A DNA stretch of 64,000 nt from an uncultured Candidatus Saccharibacteria bacterium (GCA_964399865.1 CAYNRJ010000002.1:22151-86150), one strand, 5' to 3'. Counted from the first letter of the stretch, positions 49,928-58,925 are shown. Notes: generated from the sequence alone by a model not told the origin. Numbers and translations: made by a program.

Positions 49928-51294
49928 CCATATTCATTGCTATTTACGATAGTTTGCTTGCGAATAGTATTCTTCGTACGGATGTTGTGCCCACGCTTCT
50001 TGAGAGAAATAAGGATTTACGAGTAGTCGTACTTGCGGATAAAAGTCGCGTCGAAGAATATAAAAAAATATTTAATACGGACCGGGTCGTGGTTGAAGGA
50101 GTCGACGTGAATCCAATGTCGAATTTTGAAAGACGATGGGCGTCTTTCATTTGGCACACTGTTTCAAGCGCGACTCTTACAATTCAATTATACGGAGGCC
50201 CGCTTTCACCGAGGAGGAATTTTTTGAACCGCACTGCAACATACGCGCTTCGATTTATTTTTGGGAATGTCGTTGGGAGAGCGCTTCTACGAACGATCGA
50301 TTTTCATCTGTTTCGCACCGAGCCGTATGCAACATTGTTCGAGACGTATAAACCAACCGCAGTTTTTGCAGCAAACGTCTATGCGCCATTAGATACAGAA
50401 GTGATCCGTGAAGCTAAGCGACGTGCTATTCCTACTATCGGTATGGTGAAGAGTTGGGACAATGTGACCTCGCGCGGTCTTATACGAGCGCTCCCTGATG
50501 AATGCATTTCGCAATCCTATCTTGTGAGAGAGCAATTACATGCATTCGCCGATCTGCCACTTGAAAAAACTACTGTCTCTGGCGTTCCGCAGTATGATAT
50601 TTACTTTAGGCCTGACGATGAAGAGAGGGTTTCATTCTGGAAACGTTTCGGTATCGATGGGACACGCAAAGTTATTCTATTCCTAGAGCCAGGTCTCAAA
50701 TTATCGCCGCATGGTTATGAGGTATGGCAGATGCTCGACACCTATATTGAGAATAAAGGCACGGAAGAGCCGGTAGAAGCATTCATAAGTGTTCATCCTG
50801 CGTATCCGTATAACACGGAGGCTGCGGAAAAATTGAAACACGCAAAGATCGTTCGTTTTGGATACCAATTGAAAGGAGGCGCGCATAAAACATGGGAATT
50901 CTCCAAAGATGCGTACGCTGACCTTATGCGAGTCGTGCGCTACTGTGACTTAGTTATCACGACTGCTTCCACCATGAACATCGAGAGTTCCATATTTGAT
51001 AAGCCGGTCATTAATATTGCATTTGATGGAACAAAGAAACTTCCATATAACGAATCCGTTCGACAATACTACGATTATTCGCACCTTCTTCCGATCGTTC
51101 AATCCGGCGGAGTGAAGGTTGCCTACTCGAAGGAGGAATTGTTTGAGAACATTGACCTTTTACTCAAGCATCCAGAGTGGGGAAGAGAGGGTAGAAGAAA
51201 AATAGTCGAAGAACAATGCGTCTATATCGACGGGAGGTCTGCCGAAAGAATTGCGACCGCTATCCTTGCTTTTATGAGCCGCAGAGCGCAATAA
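49924..51294 (+). CDS. GT-B fold CDP-glycerol glycerophosphotransferase-like or sialyltransferase-like protein
   Basis: SWDN..SRG, GVPQYD.Y, VHP, STMNIES..FDKP, DGRSAERI. Confidence 0.62.
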   Translation: MTIFIAIYDSLLANSILRTDVVPTLLERNKDLRVVVLADKSRVEEYKKIFNTDRVVVEGVDVNPMSNFERRWASFIWHTVSSATLTIQLYGGPLSPRRNFLNRTATYALRFIFGNVVGRALLRTIDFHLFRTEPYATLFETYKPTAVFAANVYAPLDTEVIREAKRRAIPTIGMVKSWDNVTSRGLIRALPDECISQSYLVREQLHAFADLPLEKTTVSGVPQYDIYFRPDDEERVSFWKRFGIDGTRKVILFLEPGLKLSPHGYEVWQMLDTYIENKGTEEPVEAFISVHPAYPYNTEAAEKLKHAKIVRFGYQLKGGAHKTWEFSKDAYADLMRVVRYCDLVITTASTMNIESSIFDKPVINIAFDGTKKLPYNESVRQYYDYSHLLPIVQSGGVKVAYSKEELFENIDLLLKHPEWGREGRRKIVEEQCVYIDGRSAERIATAILAFMSRRAQ

Positions 51295-51301
51295 TTGATC
51301 T

Positions 51302-52006
51302 ATGCTTGGTATTATTCCTGCGCGCGGAGGCTCAAAACGCCTCCCGGGAAAGAACATTAAAGATTTCTTTGGGAAACCACTTATCGCGTGGACCATTGAG
51401 GCGGCAAAATCTAGCGGCGTATTTGATCGACTTATCGTCCTCACCGATGATCAGGAAATCTCTGATATCGCAAAAAAGTATGGCGCAGAAGTTCCTTTCA
51501 TGGAGCCATCAGAGTTTGCGGGGGACACTGCATATGTAGGCGATGCAATCCGTTATGCATTGCAGCAACTCGAGAGTGAAGGGTATACCTCGCCGGATTT
51601 TATTTTGCTCGAACCGAGTTCAGTCGGGAGAGAGATAAAACACATTCAAGAAGTCGCGAAGCTTCTTGAGGATAGAAGGGATTTTGATTCAATCATCGGC
51701 ATTTCCGAAGTACCTGCGCATCATAGTCACCTCAAACAATTGAACATCGGAGAGAATGGAATAGTTGGACGAGTCGGAGACGGGGCGCCTCTTAAGAATC
51801 TTACGCACCGAAATCAGGATATCGCAAAATCGTATTACATTAATTCCGCAATCTATGGGTTTCGTCGGAAGAATCTTTTCGAGGGCGACAAGAAACTGTG
51901 GGGAGAGAGTACGTATGGTTACGTTATGGATGACTCAAAGCTCGCAGACATCGACACGGCGGCTGATTGGGCTTTGGCAGAATTTAAATTAAAGAACACA
52001 CTATGA
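51302..52006 (+). CDS. neuA: Acylneuraminate cytidylyltransferase
   Basis: IIPARGGSKRLPGKN, LIAWTI, DIDT..D. Confidence 0.85.
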   Translation: MLGIIPARGGSKRLPGKNIKDFFGKPLIAWTIEAAKSSGVFDRLIVLTDDQEISDIAKKYGAEVPFMEPSEFAGDTAYVGDAIRYALQQLESEGYTSPDFILLEPSSVGREIKHIQEVAKLLEDRRDFDSIIGISEVPAHHSHLKQLNIGENGIVGRVGDGAPLKNLTHRNQDIAKSYYINSAIYGFRRKNLFEGDKKLWGESTYGYVMDDSKLADIDTAADWALAEFKLKNTL

Positions 52007-53103
52007 AAAATCTCCAATTCGGGAAGCTCACTATCGGAGGCACGAGAGTTGTGGTGATCGCGGAAATTGCAGACTCACACAACGGTTCGATGGAGACGGC
52101 TAAGAAACTAGTCGATGCGGCAAAGGCGTCCGGTGCTGATGTAGCGAAATTTCAATTACATTTGGTCGGGAAAAATGAAGTGAATGGAGTAAATGAAATG
52201 ATTCCCGGCTCAATTCAGATGTGGGACGGGCCACTCTATGATATTTTGCAGCGCAATTTGTTTACTGTAGAGATGCACAAAGAGATCAAAGCGTACTGCG
52301 AAAGTGTAGGTATCGAATATCTTTGCACCCCATTTTGTACCGCAGCAGTTGATGTGCTTAATGACATCGGCGTAAATGCGTTCAAAACCGGCTCGGGTGA
52401 ACTTGATAATCTTCCGCAGCATCGTCGACTGGCACAGGTTTCCAAAAAGACGGGGAAACCGGTTATCGTTTCAACGGGCATGAGCATTCTCGAAGAAGTC
52501 GCGGATACAGTGAAGGTCTACAAAGAGGAGGGTGCGATAGAGAATCTTGTTCTTACGAATTGCACCTCGGAATATCCACCGAACGATTACAGTCACGCAA
52601 ATCTTGGGCTCATACAGAAAATGCAAAAAGAATTTGGCGTGTGGGTCGGGCAGAGTGATCACACGATGGACAATTACACAGCGTTCGCTGCTGTCGCACT
52701 CGGTGCGAAGGTGATCGAGAAGCACTTCACACTCGATAGAAAGCAAAAAGGACCGGACCATTTCATCGCACTTGAGCCACAGATGTTTAAAGAGCTCGTG
52801 GATGGAATTCGAAAGATCGAAGTAGCACTGGGAGAAGAAAAAAACATTTCAAAGGAGGAGCAAGTGGTACGTGATTGGGCGTTCCATTCGGTCACGAGTT
52901 TTAAAGACATACAGAAGGGCGAGAAGCTCACGACGGAAAATCTTATTGAGCGCCGCCCGAGAACGATGATGCGAGACGGGAAGAAGGTAGAAGGCATCCC
53001 TTCGAAGTATCTCGATCCAATGTATTCCAAGAAACTATTGGGACGCACGGCTGCTAGAGATATACCAAAGGACACCATGCTCGTGTGGGAGGACGCCGCC
53101 TAG
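52003..53103 (+). CDS. neuB: N-acylneuraminate synthase family protein (second NeuB)
   Basis: IAEI..SHNG, DVAKFQ, CTPF, KTGSGE, STGM, SDHT, IEKHFT. Confidence 0.85.
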   Translation: MKNLQFGKLTIGGTRVVVIAEIADSHNGSMETAKKLVDAAKASGADVAKFQLHLVGKNEVNGVNEMIPGSIQMWDGPLYDILQRNLFTVEMHKEIKAYCESVGIEYLCTPFCTAAVDVLNDIGVNAFKTGSGELDNLPQHRRLAQVSKKTGKPVIVSTGMSILEEVADTVKVYKEEGAIENLVLTNCTSEYPPNDYSHANLGLIQKMQKEFGVWVGQSDHTMDNYTAFAAVALGAKVIEKHFTLDRKQKGPDHFIALEPQMFKELVDGIRKIEVALGEEKNISKEEQVVRDWAFHSVTSFKDIQKGEKLTTENLIERRPRTMMRDGKKVEGIPSKYLDPMYSKKLLGRTAARDIPKDTMLVWEDAA

Positions 53104-53160
53104 CGAGTGAGGATCGCTACTATTGAAGGAAGCTGATTTTTGTTGTATTGTGCGTTTACT

Positions 53161-54330
53161 ATGGTGAGACGGGAAATTTCTAAAAAGAAGAAGAAAATAG
53201 CGATAATCGCTGGTTCTCGAGGTGAGTGGGGCTACTACCAGCCGATCATTCGGGAGATAGAAAAGCACCCTCTACTCGACTACGGCATCGTCGTCTCCAA
53301 CATGCACCTACTCGATCGCTTTGGCTCTTCTATAGATGAAATCCGAAAGGAGGGTTTTAAGGTGGACGCTATCATCCACAATACGCTCGATGGATACAGT
53401 CATCTCACAATGGCAAAATCGCTTGCCATTTTTATGCTCCAACTTCCTGAGATATTAAAACAGATGGAGGCCGATTTTGTGCTCGTGGGAGGCGATCGAG
53501 GAGAGCAGCTGATGGCAGCAATCACTGCGGCGCACATGTACATTCCAATTGGGCACGTACAGGCCGGAGAAGTTTCCGGAAACATTGACGGAGTATCTCG
53601 TCACGCGATCACGAAATTCGCTCATCTCCATTTCGCCGCGAACGCTGATGCAGCAAAGCGTATTCTAAAAATGGGAGAAGAATCATTCCGCGTACATACA
53701 ACAGGTGCCCCACAGCTCGATGATTTGACGAGCGGTATTGTGACACCTAGAAAAACGCTTTTCAAAAAGCTTGGGCTAGTGGAAGACAAGCGTCCGCTTA
53801 TGCTTGTGGTCCAACATCCTGTTACAGAAGAATTTGAAAAAGCGGGTGTGCATATGCATGAGACGCTCGAAGCGGTAAAGAAATTTGATGCGCAGGTCGT
53901 CATCATTATGAATAATTCGGACGCGGGCAGCACAGCTGTGTCACGTGTCATTAATAGTGAACGAACTCCAGCAATGAAAGTGTTTCCGAACGTTCCGCGT
54001 GAAGACTTTGCAGGTCTTATGGCCGCAGCGGATGTCCTCGTCGGCAATTCTTCCTCCGGCATTCTTGAGGCCCCTACATTCAAGCTCGCAGCAGTGAATA
54101 TTGGAAGTCGGGAGAAAGGAAGGCTGCAGGGTAAAAATGTCATAAACGCGCCACACAAATCTTCTGAAATTCAGAAAGCGATTAAAAAGGCACTCTCAAA
54201 AAAATTCCAATCATCGCTTCGTACCTGCGTGAATCCATACGGCGATGGAAAATCAGCAAAACGTATCGTCGACATTATCGCGAACACACCGCGCACTGAA
54301 AAGCTTGTGGTAAAGAACATTACTTACTAA
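53161..54330 (+). CDS. neuC: Hydrolysing UDP-N-acetylhexosamine 2-epimerase (NeuC/LegG)
   Basis: SRGEWG, GDRGE, H..AGE.SG..D..RHAITKFAH.H, QHPVT, GNSSSGI.EA, NPYGDG. Confidence 0.85.
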   Translation: MVRREISKKKKKIAIIAGSRGEWGYYQPIIREIEKHPLLDYGIVVSNMHLLDRFGSSIDEIRKEGFKVDAIIHNTLDGYSHLTMAKSLAIFMLQLPEILKQMEADFVLVGGDRGEQLMAAITAAHMYIPIGHVQAGEVSGNIDGVSRHAITKFAHLHFAANADAAKRILKMGEESFRVHTTGAPQLDDLTSGIVTPRKTLFKKLGLVEDKRPLMLVVQHPVTEEFEKAGVHMHETLEAVKKFDAQVVIIMNNSDAGSTAVSRVINSERTPAMKVFPNVPREDFAGLMAAADVLVGNSSSGILEAPTFKLAAVNIGSREKGRLQGKNVINAPHKSSEIQKAIKKALSKKFQSSLRTCVNPYGDGKSAKRIVDIIANTPRTEKLVVKNITY

Positions 54331-54340
54331 ACTTCTTATT

Positions 54341-54685
54341 ATGAATGCGACTCACTACAACGACTATCTTCTCCAAAAAGATGCGACTATTGAAGACGCT
54401 CTCTCTGCCATCACCGAAAATAAGCGTGGGGCCGTCCTTATCGTTGAATCAGATGACACGCTCGTCGGGGTTGTCGCGGACGGTGATATTCGTCGTGCAC
54501 TAGTTAAAGGAGCGACGACCCTCACGCCAATTGAAAAGATTGTAAATTTGAATGTGGTCTCCGTTAAAAAAGGTCGTGATCAGAAAGAGAAAGGTGAGGA
54601 GATATTCGCGTCTCACGTAGGTATTAATCTCATTCCAGTACTTGAGGCAGGAAATCGCGTGTGTGACGTGCTTGTGAGAGGGTAA
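54341..54685 (+). CDS. Stand-alone CBS-pair protein
   Basis: LVGVVADGDIRRAL, resembles the N-terminal CBS pair of PtmE/LegX-like nucleotidyltransferases. Confidence 0.72.
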   Translation: MNATHYNDYLLQKDATIEDALSAITENKRGAVLIVESDDTLVGVVADGDIRRALVKGATTLTPIEKIVNLNVVSVKKGRDQKEKGEEIFASHVGINLIPVLEAGNRVCDVLVRG

Positions 54686-54702
54686 CCTGGGGCGGGCTTC
54701 CT

Positions 54703-56118
54703 ATGAAAAACGACAAGAAGCCACACGTCATCTATCTAATCATCGACGCCGGCGGATTTGGTCATACTAGTCTCGCGGGATATTTTCGCGACACGACACC
54801 TTTCTTAAAGGAATTTTCGAAGGAGTGCGTGCAATATCCACTCGCCTTTGCACAAGGCCCTATTTCAGGTCTCTCTATTGGCAGCTTCACTACTTCTTCG
54901 TACGCGTTTGATCATAAGGATTGTCCGATTGAAGTAAGGCCGTCACGTCCTTCAATAGCCTCTGTTTTACAAAAGAATGGCTATTACACATCGGTCATGA
55001 CCTCTAATCCATACTATGCGAGAAAGCTTGGACATGATCAGGGTGTCGACCACTATAAAATGTTTTTCGAAGAGTCTGATGAGATACGACGGATCGCCGA
55101 AAAGGGACTTCTTATACGCGCTCTCAAGACACTCAATAAAATATCTTTGTATCGCGGGGTCAAAGAATGGATCAAGAAAAATCTTCGATCTCTGTACAAC
55201 GCGGGCAGGATGAGAAAACAAATGATGGCGACGAGGCAGAGCCCGTTCGGCGACGCCGCGCAAGCAAACAAAGAGATCCTCAAACTCCTTAACGACCGCC
55301 CACAAGATAAACCCCTCTTTCTCCTCACTCAGTACATGGATCTTCACGCCCCGCATCTCCCCCCGGACGAGTTTCTAAGAAAATTTGGAGGAACGATATC
55401 AAAACAAGAGCAGTACATTTATTGGCAGAGGAGAAGTATGCGCCCACTCCCTGAATTCTCTCAGAAAGAAGTTGAAGATCTCACACTTCTATATGATGCC
55501 TGCCTTGCGCACATAGATTCACGCATACGAGATGTTGTGAACGAATTAAAGCGAGAGGGGATGTATGATGATTCGCTCATAATTATTTCCGCAGATCATG
55601 GAGAAGCATTTTTTGAGCACGGTGATCTCGGCCATCATGGCCTTCTGTACGAAGAAAATATTCGCGTACCGCTCCTCATCAAATATCCTCACGGAATCGA
55701 GGCAGGAACATCCCGAGACAGCGTCGTGTCTCTTATAGATGTCGCGCCTACTATTCTCGGTGCGGCTGGCGTAAAGCGTCCTGGAACATTTGTAGGAAAA
55801 GATTTGCAGTCCGGATCCGCGTCAGCTTCGAATCAGGTCTCAGATGATCATGCTGTTTCTTTTGTTGCATTCCGTTTTTCTCCAGAGAACTTCACACGAC
55901 TCAACTTTGAGAATTACGCATTATCTGTCCGCACCAAAAACTGGAAGCTCATCGTACAGAGCGGAAAGCCAGACGAGCTCTATAATCTCGAGGAGGATCC
56001 GAAGGAAAAAAGTAACCTGCTAGAAACCAAAGCGCAGAACAAAGGTGCCGCGGAGGCATACCAATCGCTTCGCGAGATGATGCAACCGTATCTAGATAGG
56101 GTGAGTGATAGGTCGTAA
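54703..56118 (+). CDS. Sulfatase/alkaline phosphatase superfamily protein lacking the canonical CxPxR motif
   Basis: PHVIYLIIDA, YMDLHAP, YDA....D, SADHGEAF.EHG, RVPLLI, IDVAPTIL, ELYNL..DP.E..N. Confidence 0.82.
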   Translation: MKNDKKPHVIYLIIDAGGFGHTSLAGYFRDTTPFLKEFSKECVQYPLAFAQGPISGLSIGSFTTSSYAFDHKDCPIEVRPSRPSIASVLQKNGYYTSVMTSNPYYARKLGHDQGVDHYKMFFEESDEIRRIAEKGLLIRALKTLNKISLYRGVKEWIKKNLRSLYNAGRMRKQMMATRQSPFGDAAQANKEILKLLNDRPQDKPLFLLTQYMDLHAPHLPPDEFLRKFGGTISKQEQYIYWQRRSMRPLPEFSQKEVEDLTLLYDACLAHIDSRIRDVVNELKREGMYDDSLIIISADHGEAFFEHGDLGHHGLLYEENIRVPLLIKYPHGIEAGTSRDSVVSLIDVAPTILGAAGVKRPGTFVGKDLQSGSASASNQVSDDHAVSFVAFRFSPENFTRLNFENYALSVRTKNWKLIVQSGKPDELYNLEEDPKEKSNLLETKAQNKGAAEAYQSLREMMQPYLDRVSDRS

Positions 56119-56167
56119 GACGGAAATTGGGACTGGCCGAAATCATGTCACGAGGTACAATCTTGCC

Positions 56168-58420
56168 ATGACAATAGAGAAAGCCCTGCGGTGGGTGGTA
56201 CTAGGAGGCATATTCCTCCTTCCTTTTATTGTGTTTCTGGTTGTTGAGTCACTTTTCTTTCCGTTTATCACGGGGAAGAACTTTGCGTTTCGAATCATTG
56301 TAGAGGTAATAACTGGCGCATGGCTTGCTCTCGCTCTCGTTAACCCTATATATAGACCCCGCCGCTCGTGGCTCCTTGGCGCTTTTGCCCTGTTCGTAAT
56401 AATCATCGCCGCCGCGGATGCCTTTGGCGTTAATCCCTTCAAGAGTTTCTGGAGTAATTTCGAGCGCATGGATGGATGGATCACACTCGCCCATCTCTTT
56501 TTGTACTTTGTAGTAACCTCGGCGATGCTAGGAACGGAAAGACTGTGGCGTACATTCTGGCAGGTGTCCCTTGGAGTGTCTGCGGTCGTCGGTCTTCACG
56601 CAATACTTCAATTCTTCGGAGTAGTCAGCTTGAATGCAGGTTTTTCTTCTGCGACGCGACTTGATGCGACATTCGGCAATCCGATATACCTCGCGTCCTA
56701 CATGCTCTTCAATGTTTTTATGGGCGCGCTTCTTTTCGCGCAAGCATTCAAGGAGAACGCAAACCGTGTTCGCCCATACATGCTTCTCTATGGCGCGGCT
56801 ATTGTTTTCGACAGCCTCATTTTATTTATGACAGGGACACGAGGTACGATGCTCGGACTTATTGGTGGCACAATTCTTGCCGCACTACTTCTTATTCTCT
56901 TCGGGCGAAACGCAGGAAAGATGCGAAAGATAGCGGCGGGAGTGATTGTGATTATCATGGTCCTTGCGAGCGCAGTGTTTCTCGTGCGAGATCAAGCATG
57001 GGTAGATAAGACACCAATTCTCGGGCGACTCGCGAGCATTTCGCTTTCCGCTGGAACAGTACAAGCACGCTTCATGAATTGGGGAATGGCATGGGAAGGA
57101 TTTAAAGAGCGCCCAATCCTGGGATGGGGTCAGGAGAATTACGCGATTGTCTTTAGTAAGTACTACAACCCGCAAATGTATGCGCAGGAGCAGTGGTTCG
57201 ATCGTGTGCACAACGTGATATTTGACTGGCTCATTGCAGGCGGAATCCTAGGTCTCCTAGGGTACTTGTCGATCCTCGTATTTACACTCCTTATGATCTG
57301 GAAACGAAAGGCTGTGCAAGCAGTGAACGCTCTTCAGGGACAAGAGGGAATAAGTGGTTCGTTCACGGTTGCCGAGAAGAGTATTCTTACAGGACTTCTC
57401 GCAGCGTACTTCTTCCACAACCTTTTCGTGTTCGACAACATCATGAGCTACATGCTCTTTGCCACCGTGCTCGCATATATTGCATTTAGAGATGGCATAT
57501 ACACGAATGCCACGAGAGTCTTTTCCACTCTTTCACTATCACCCCGAGTACTCCCAATTATTGCGATTCTAGCTATAGGGGTCGTGTGGGGAGCCGTGTG
57601 GGCCCTGAACGCTCGTCCGGTCGCAGCAAATAGAGCAGTACTTCAGGGACTACAGCCACAGTCGGGCGGCCTTTCAGTGAATCTTGAGTATTTCGATAAG
57701 GCTCTTGCGTATCACACGATCGGCACTCAAGAAATGCGCGAGCAGCTCATGCAGGCAACAGTACAGCTTGCTGGGATCCAGGAGGTACCGCTCGATATGA
57801 AAGAGCGTTTCTTAGACAGGGCAGGGAAAGAGTTAGCGCTTCAATCTGAGGAATCACCACTCGACCCACGTTTCCCACTTTTCCACGGCCTCCTTCTCAA
57901 TGCATATGGTGCGTACGATTCAGCTGCACCAATACTAAGGCGCGCCCACGAACTCTCGCCAACAAAGCAAACCATCCTCTTTGAACTTGCCGCGAATGCA
58001 TTTGCACGTGGTGACAATGCATCTATGCTCGCGTACTTTAAGCAAGCATTCGATCTCGCTCCCGAATTTGTCGATGCCCGTCTCATGTATGCAGCAGCAG
58101 CAATACGAACAGGTGACGATGCGCTCGCTGATTCACTTCTCGCACCAATTCTCTCGAGCGGTAGAGTTGCAGATGCGCGCATCGCAGCAGCGTATGTCGC
58201 TCGAGGGCGATACGACAAGATAGTAAATGTATGGGAGGCTCACCTGCAATCGAATCCCGGTGATGTGCAGGCGTATTTCACTCTCGCTGCAGCGTATTAC
58301 ACAGCGGGAGATAAAGAGGCTGCGATTCGCGTGCTCCAAAGAGTCGCAGTCGTTGATCCGCAAAGTAAAACTCAAGCTGAACAATTGATACGAGATATTC
58401 GTAACGGCACTGTGCAATAA
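56168..58420 (+). CDS. O-antigen ligase/O-oligosaccharyltransferase-like (Wzy_C) protein with C-terminal TPRs
   Basis: SFWSNFERM.G, TFGNP.YLA, TGTRG, R...W..AW.GF.ERP.LGWG.ENY, FDRVHN..FD, helical TPR-like tail. Confidence 0.82.
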   Translation: MTIEKALRWVVLGGIFLLPFIVFLVVESLFFPFITGKNFAFRIIVEVITGAWLALALVNPIYRPRRSWLLGAFALFVIIIAAADAFGVNPFKSFWSNFERMDGWITLAHLFLYFVVTSAMLGTERLWRTFWQVSLGVSAVVGLHAILQFFGVVSLNAGFSSATRLDATFGNPIYLASYMLFNVFMGALLFAQAFKENANRVRPYMLLYGAAIVFDSLILFMTGTRGTMLGLIGGTILAALLLILFGRNAGKMRKIAAGVIVIIMVLASAVFLVRDQAWVDKTPILGRLASISLSAGTVQARFMNWGMAWEGFKERPILGWGQENYAIVFSKYYNPQMYAQEQWFDRVHNVIFDWLIAGGILGLLGYLSILVFTLLMIWKRKAVQAVNALQGQEGISGSFTVAEKSILTGLLAAYFFHNLFVFDNIMSYMLFATVLAYIAFRDGIYTNATRVFSTLSLSPRVLPIIAILAIGVVWGAVWALNARPVAANRAVLQGLQPQSGGLSVNLEYFDKALAYHTIGTQEMREQLMQATVQLAGIQEVPLDMKERFLDRAGKELALQSEESPLDPRFPLFHGLLLNAYGAYDSAAPILRRAHELSPTKQTILFELAANAFARGDNASMLAYFKQAFDLAPEFVDARLMYAAAAIRTGDDALADSLLAPILSSGRVADARIAAAYVARGRYDKIVNVWEAHLQSNPGDVQAYFTLAAAYYTAGDKEAAIRVLQRVAVVDPQSKTQAEQLIRDIRNGTVQ

Positions 58421-58444
58421 AGTGTCATCGGAAAAGATGACACC

Positions 58445-58514
58445 TTCCGACTCCTCAACTCGGAAATATAAATACGTGCTTTTATATTTCGCTCGCCTTA
58501 CGTTGTCGGTAATT
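58445..58514. repeat. REP-like ~70-bp structured repeat, copy 1
   Basis: ttccgactcctcaactcggaaat..atttcgctcgccttacgttgtcggtaatt, internal hairpin gaaatataaa/tttatatttc. Confidence 0.8.
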
Positions 58515-58561
58515 ATTTCGCCAGCATAGAAATTTATTTTTTTATTTTTGTGAGTGAAAAG

Positions 58562-58570
58562 TTATCCACA
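58562..58570 (+). promoter_or_regulatory. Single consensus DnaA box TTATCCACA
   Basis: Exact 9-mer after an A/T-rich tract; only one copy seen here. Confidence 0.4.
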
Positions 58571-58662
58571 CATATCGTGTGAAAGTACGCACTATGTGCG
58601 CATGAGTGCAATAATGAAATAGAAAACGCATCTTCGCGTACGCGCGTAAAAATGCGGGTCGA

Positions 58663-58730
58663 AATTACTGGCGACGTAAGGCGAGCGAAATGAAAAAATG
58701 TTTTTTCATTTCCGAGCCGAGGAGTCAGAA
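58663..58730. repeat. REP-like structured repeat, copy 2 (inverted)
   Basis: Reverse complement matches copy 1 at 20/23 and 26/29 nt in the arms; internal perfect 12-bp hairpin gaaatgaaaaaa/ttttttcatttc. Confidence 0.8.
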
Positions 58731-58767
58731 AGCTCCGTCTTACCACTCGAAATATTTACAACATACT

Positions 58768-58848
58768 ATGGCAAAGAAAAGAAAAGCGAAGAAGGCAAAG
58801 AAGACAACAAAGAAGAGAAAAGTTGCGAAGCGCAAAAAACGAGCTTAG
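58768..58848 (+). CDS. 26-aa Lys/Arg-rich peptide MAKKRKAKKAKKTTKKRKVAKRKKRA
   Basis: ATG..TAG ORF below the track cutoff, 17/26 basic residues, followed by a terminator. Confidence 0.65.
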   Translation: MAKKRKAKKAKKTTKKRKVAKRKKRA

Positions 58849-58857
58849 TCTCTCGAA

Positions 58858-58891
58858 AAAACCGTCGGCCCAGTGCCGACGGTTTTGTTTT
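58858..58891 (+). terminator. Intrinsic terminator hairpin
   Basis: aaaaccgtcggc-ccagt-gccgacggtttt then gtttt. Confidence 0.75.
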
Positions 58892-58925
58892 ACTGGAGCA
58901 CGTTTGGTGATAGGATGCCATAACA

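Noticed and set aside
58520-58620. Replication origin
   Set aside because: Only one consensus DnaA box and no dnaA/dnaN nearby; GC skew cannot be assessed here
58421-58767. tRNA or known riboswitch in the long intergenic region
   Set aside because: No cloverleaf or T-loop signature and no recognisable aptamer; explained as inverted structured repeats
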